Shown: piece after piece, positions 62,001 through 64,000 of the stretch
How positions within the stretch are numbered: the first letter of the stretch is position 1
How the letters are laid out: each line of letters begins with the position of its first letter
Assembly (NCBI GenBank): GCA_038087875.1
Contig: CM075994.1
Location: 2,234,001-2,298,000, forward strand
Length of the DNA: 64,000 nucleotides
DNA from: Malacoraja senta
Taxonomy: Eukaryota
Reading direction: 5' to 3'
Translations under genes and position numbers: made by a program
The notes under the pieces: model-generated
What the model saw: only the letters and a program-made list of their open reading frames with translations
Told to the model about the DNA's origin: nothing
The model's database searches: none

Positions 62001-63892
62001 GACAAAGCCAAGAGATAATGAGGTAGATAGTCAATCTTCTGTACCAACAACAAGAGGTTTAAGGCGAAAGGAAGAAGTTCAGAGGATTTGAGGGGAAAGT
62101 TATTTTACATGGAGTGGCTGATATCTGGAATTTACCAGTGGAGGTGGTGAAAGCAGATTTAATGATCAGGTGATGGGATTAATACAGATGGGCAAAGGTG
62201 GACAGTGTGGACGTGATTTCAGTGCTGTAGATTCTGCCTCAGAATAGTTAACCCTGCAAACAAGTTTACGTCACTGACCTTACATTTATGCTATCAAAAG
62301 TGATATAAAAATGTTGCACGCTTTGAGTCTGGAGAACAGTCTCTTGCTTGACTGTTCTCCTTGTCTGACAAGTTATTGCGAATAATAAAGAAGTGAGCTG
62401 TCACTCGCGTCTCGCATAAATTATTCTGACACCTTCCTGATCAAGGATGTGTTGTCTCTACTCCGGTTATGTGGGTTTTGAGGTGACGGGTGAGTCCAAT
62501 GTGGGAACCGTGACTGAAGTGATTGTCACTTTCTTTACAGACATGTCCCCATCTCACCAAAACGACTCTGCCTACGACAGCACTGATCAGGATGACTGGA
62601 AAGAGGGAGAGAATGAAAAATGGCAAAGAGCAAACTCTAGCTCTTACCGACTGTCGATGAGCCAGGAAATGCTGAGGATGGCGAGAAGGCAGGACTATCA
62701 AACAGACGTAATCACTAGGGTCACAGCTTCTTGTAGCAATGAATCAATTGATGGCAGAGCAACTTTTAGACCAAACGTAACAGCCTATCCATCCGGACTT
62801 GCAACTGGACAGCAAAACATGAGGGTTAATAGACGCAGCTCTGAACCGACATTAGCTGTTGCCTTCAACCCGAGAAAGATCAACGGGCAGGAATTACTTG
62901 CAAGAAGCCATGATGATTGTTCAGTAGCGTTTGACGTGGATTTCAATCAGCATCAAATGAACAAACAGGTATCTGAGGAAAGCTTTACAAGACATGTCAT
63001 TAACAACAGGTCGGGCAACTTTAATGTCAGTTCACACTCTGAGCTTTCTACTGCCTCCTCTTCAAAGGCTTCTTCAGTTTCTTCTCTGGCTAGCTCATGT
63101 TCAAACATGTCAGAGAACTCTGTTTTTATTTGCTCCCCGCTTGTTTCCCCTACTTGTTGTCAGGAGAATTATGTCTTTCCAGACCATTCAACTAAACTTC
63201 AAACTAATGCTATGCCAGACTCAAATAGTTATGTTAAAAGCACTAAAGAAAAAGCCAAGAAACCTCTAACAAAGACTTACAGCTGGGGTCCATCGAGGAC
63301 ACTTAATACAAACCAAGAATCTTTCAAGGATAACACGCTGAGAGAGAAGGTGCCGACCTGTCAGACGGTCCCTGAGGCCCAAGTTGAAGACAGTGACACT
63401 GCCAGATTCAGGACTCGCTGCATGTCTGTAGATGAAGTGTTTCAACGGGTTGACAGTAAAAAACGCCGCAGCCCCCCTTCTTATACTCAAGCTATTGAAG
63501 AAAGTTATCCATCTATTCCTTCAACGAAGCAAATGACAGTGAGAAACATGAAAAGTCAGTTGCAGCGGAAAGAACACATGAGATTTGGTGGCAAGTTAGT
63601 CGCCGGACAGAGAGACAGACCTTGTTCGTTAACAGACGAACTGCTCTATCCTTCACATGAACATCAGCTCGATCTTGATTCCTGTGATGAACAAAACACA
63701 GTTTTTTATCAGTCTGAAGCTCTGCACAATTGTTCTGAGCATGTTGTGCCTCTCACAAGACCTGAAAAAGCACAATGTTACAGAGGGAGAGCTATGTCAG
63801 AGTCTGCAGGCAGAAGCACGCATCAAATGTGGTCCACTCAAGCCTTTGTGGGCTACAAAGACTTTCAGCATGCTAAAGAGTCTTATGTGTAA
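49999..63892 (+). CDS. TAGAP: T-cell activation Rho GTPase-activating protein (TAGAP-like); join(49999-50025,51539-51616,52156-52219,53605-53742,54705-54868,55797-55958,56069-56178,60146-60335,61276-61390,62541-63892), 799 aa
   Basis: All introns are GT-AG with consistent phases. The protein matches TAGAP as I recall it: SKTL..NME, WPF, LFD.PL..C, DILT.L..KGPS..GIFR (arginine finger 55848-55850), FK.FLR.IP, SEVNRMD..NLAICIGPNML, FLI.NC..IFG, QNDSAYDS.D, RR.SEP, SVD.VFQ, SPPSY and the C-terminal FQHAKESYV. Confidence 0.92.
50840..51150. repeat. Degenerate ~30-bp minisatellite (gtgtagatgtatgataatgtattacacata)
   Basis: About 8-10 imperfect tandem copies in a TAGAP intron. Confidence 0.7.
51539..51616 (+). 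CDS. TAGAP: TAGAP coding exon 2 (SKTLTVSNMEPPGEVVKTLLTEPAEP)
   Basis: cttcacag|TCT ... CCG|GTGAGT, with the SKTL..NME motif. Confidence 0.78.
52156..52219 (+). CDS. TAGAP: TAGAP coding exon 3 (GDTENLQLVLSNSKNLVSSLI)
   Basis: ttttag|GGA ... ATT G|GTGAGT, phase 0 to 1. Confidence 0.78.
52355..52630 (-). mobile_element. HE1/V-SINE-type SINE
   Basis: V-domain and tRNA-like head. Confidence 0.78.
52725..52931. mobile_element. Fold-back Penelope-derived short element
   Basis: gctggagtaactcaatgggtcaggcagcatc..aacatggataggtgatgtttcgggtcggga / tcccgacccgaaacgtcgcctatccatgtt..gatgctgcttgacccattgatttactccag: long inverted arms. Confidence 0.72.
53605..53742 (+). CDS. TAGAP: Putative extra TAGAP exon (138 nt, phase 1-1)
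   Basis: Pyrimidine tract and cttgtag|AT ... CAA G|GTACC. It is open in the required frame (DHRCTFSTK...SCCQVQHSQ). Confidence 0.55.
53757..53979. mobile_element. Fold-back Penelope-derived short element
   Basis: Inverted arms around cttcttcagact GGTAA agtctgaagaag (~53875-53902). Confidence 0.7.
54297..54612 (+). mobile_element. HE1/V-SINE-type SINE
   Basis: gtggcacagaggtag..gcgccagagacctgggttcgatcc..V-domain..gggctgaagggcctgtttcc. Confidence 0.85.
54705..54868 (+). CDS. TAGAP: TAGAP exon (DARLKHCKKNKLKGQWPF...LFDRPLKDVCDHKDVLSKPIL)
   Basis: tcag|AT ... CTG|GTAAGT, start of the RhoGAP domain. Confidence 0.9.
55797..55958 (+). CDS. TAGAP: TAGAP exon, RhoGAP arginine finger (DILTVLLQKGPSSVGIFRKSAN...LAAVFK)
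   Basis: ctctag|GAT ... AAG|GTAGA. Confidence 0.93.
56069..56178 (+). CDS. TAGAP: TAGAP exon (NFLRRIPNSVLATELYDSWM...ERIAEIK)
   Basis: tgcag|AAT ... CA|GTGAGT. Confidence 0.92.
56250..56650 (+). mobile_element. CR1 LINE 3' fragment (intronic); similar copy at ~60815-61165
   Basis: RRMRG.LIETY...GESRTRGHSLRIKG.TFRKEMR.NF.SQRVVNLWN. Confidence 0.83.
57301..60103 (-). mobile_element. L1-clade LINE, 5'-truncated, antisense in a TAGAP intron
   Basis: KTPGPDGF, SYRAIALLNTDQKILAK, DQTGFI, SLDAEKAFDQVEW, RGNRQGCSLSP, ISLYADD and FKYLGI (ORF 58718-59995). One frameshift near 58730 leads to ORF 57715-58752 with CDKC..HSFVFC. Perfect 16-bp TSD GTAACTAACTAATATA at 57285-57300 and 60104-60119. Confidence 0.93.
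60146..60335 (+). CDS. TAGAP: TAGAP exon (LLAKLPNHNCLLLRYV...SEVNRMDAYNLAICIGPNML...VTAK)
   Basis: ctttag|G ... AAG|GTAAAT. Confidence 0.93.
61276..61390 (+). CDS. TAGAP: TAGAP exon (VVALTQFLIENCCPIFG...TDNL)
   Basis: tacag|GTT ... CTG G|GTAAGT, end of the RhoGAP domain. Confidence 0.92.
62541..63892 (+). CDS. TAGAP: TAGAP last coding exon (Ser-rich C-terminal tail ending KESYV*)
   Basis: ttctttacag|AC, open to TAA at 63890-63892. Confidence 0.93.
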
Positions 63893-64000
63893 CATTTGCA
63901 CAAACTATAATCTATGTTGTTAATATTCTGTTAATGCACTAGGACAACATAAAAGCTGTTATGTTCCATGATGTCTTCCGTTATAGTTGTATGTAGTCTA

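Noticed and set aside
62447..62540. 5' part of the 481-aa ORF as the start of a single-exon gene
   Set aside because: TAGAP similarity begins right after the acceptor ttctttacag at 62540, so the upstream codons are intronic read-through.

Overview
Eukaryotic, repeat-dense vertebrate DNA, most likely a cartilaginous fish (skate/ray-like). This is inferred from HE1/V-SINE-type SINEs, abundant CR1 LINEs and Penelope-like elements. About 1-47.7 kb is an intergenic nest of transposons: a Gypsy remnant, CR1, Rex1/Babar, Tx1, L1, Penelope, two tandem Helitrons, Harbinger-like MITEs, a 2.3-kb element with inverted termini, and a tRNA-Phe pseudogene. About 47.9-63.9 kb holds one complete spliced + strand gene, a TAGAP-like RhoGAP. 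I reconstructed 10 coding exons with consistent phases (2400 nt, 799 aa; 753 aa without one cassette-like exon). Points worth follow-up: (i) many short Penelope-derived elements carrying minimal hammerhead ribozymes, several folded back with a hammerhead motif on each strand inside TAGAP introns; (ii) a Tx1 LINE inserted in the RT motif of a Rex1-like LINE; (iii) head-to-tail Helitrons at one A|T site; (iv) a 2.3-kb element with no 8-bp target duplication; (v) an L1 whose target-site duplication copied a probable branch point; (vi) an extra TAGAP exon. All calls were made by eye with no database searches, and repeat boundaries are approximate unless a TSD is quoted.
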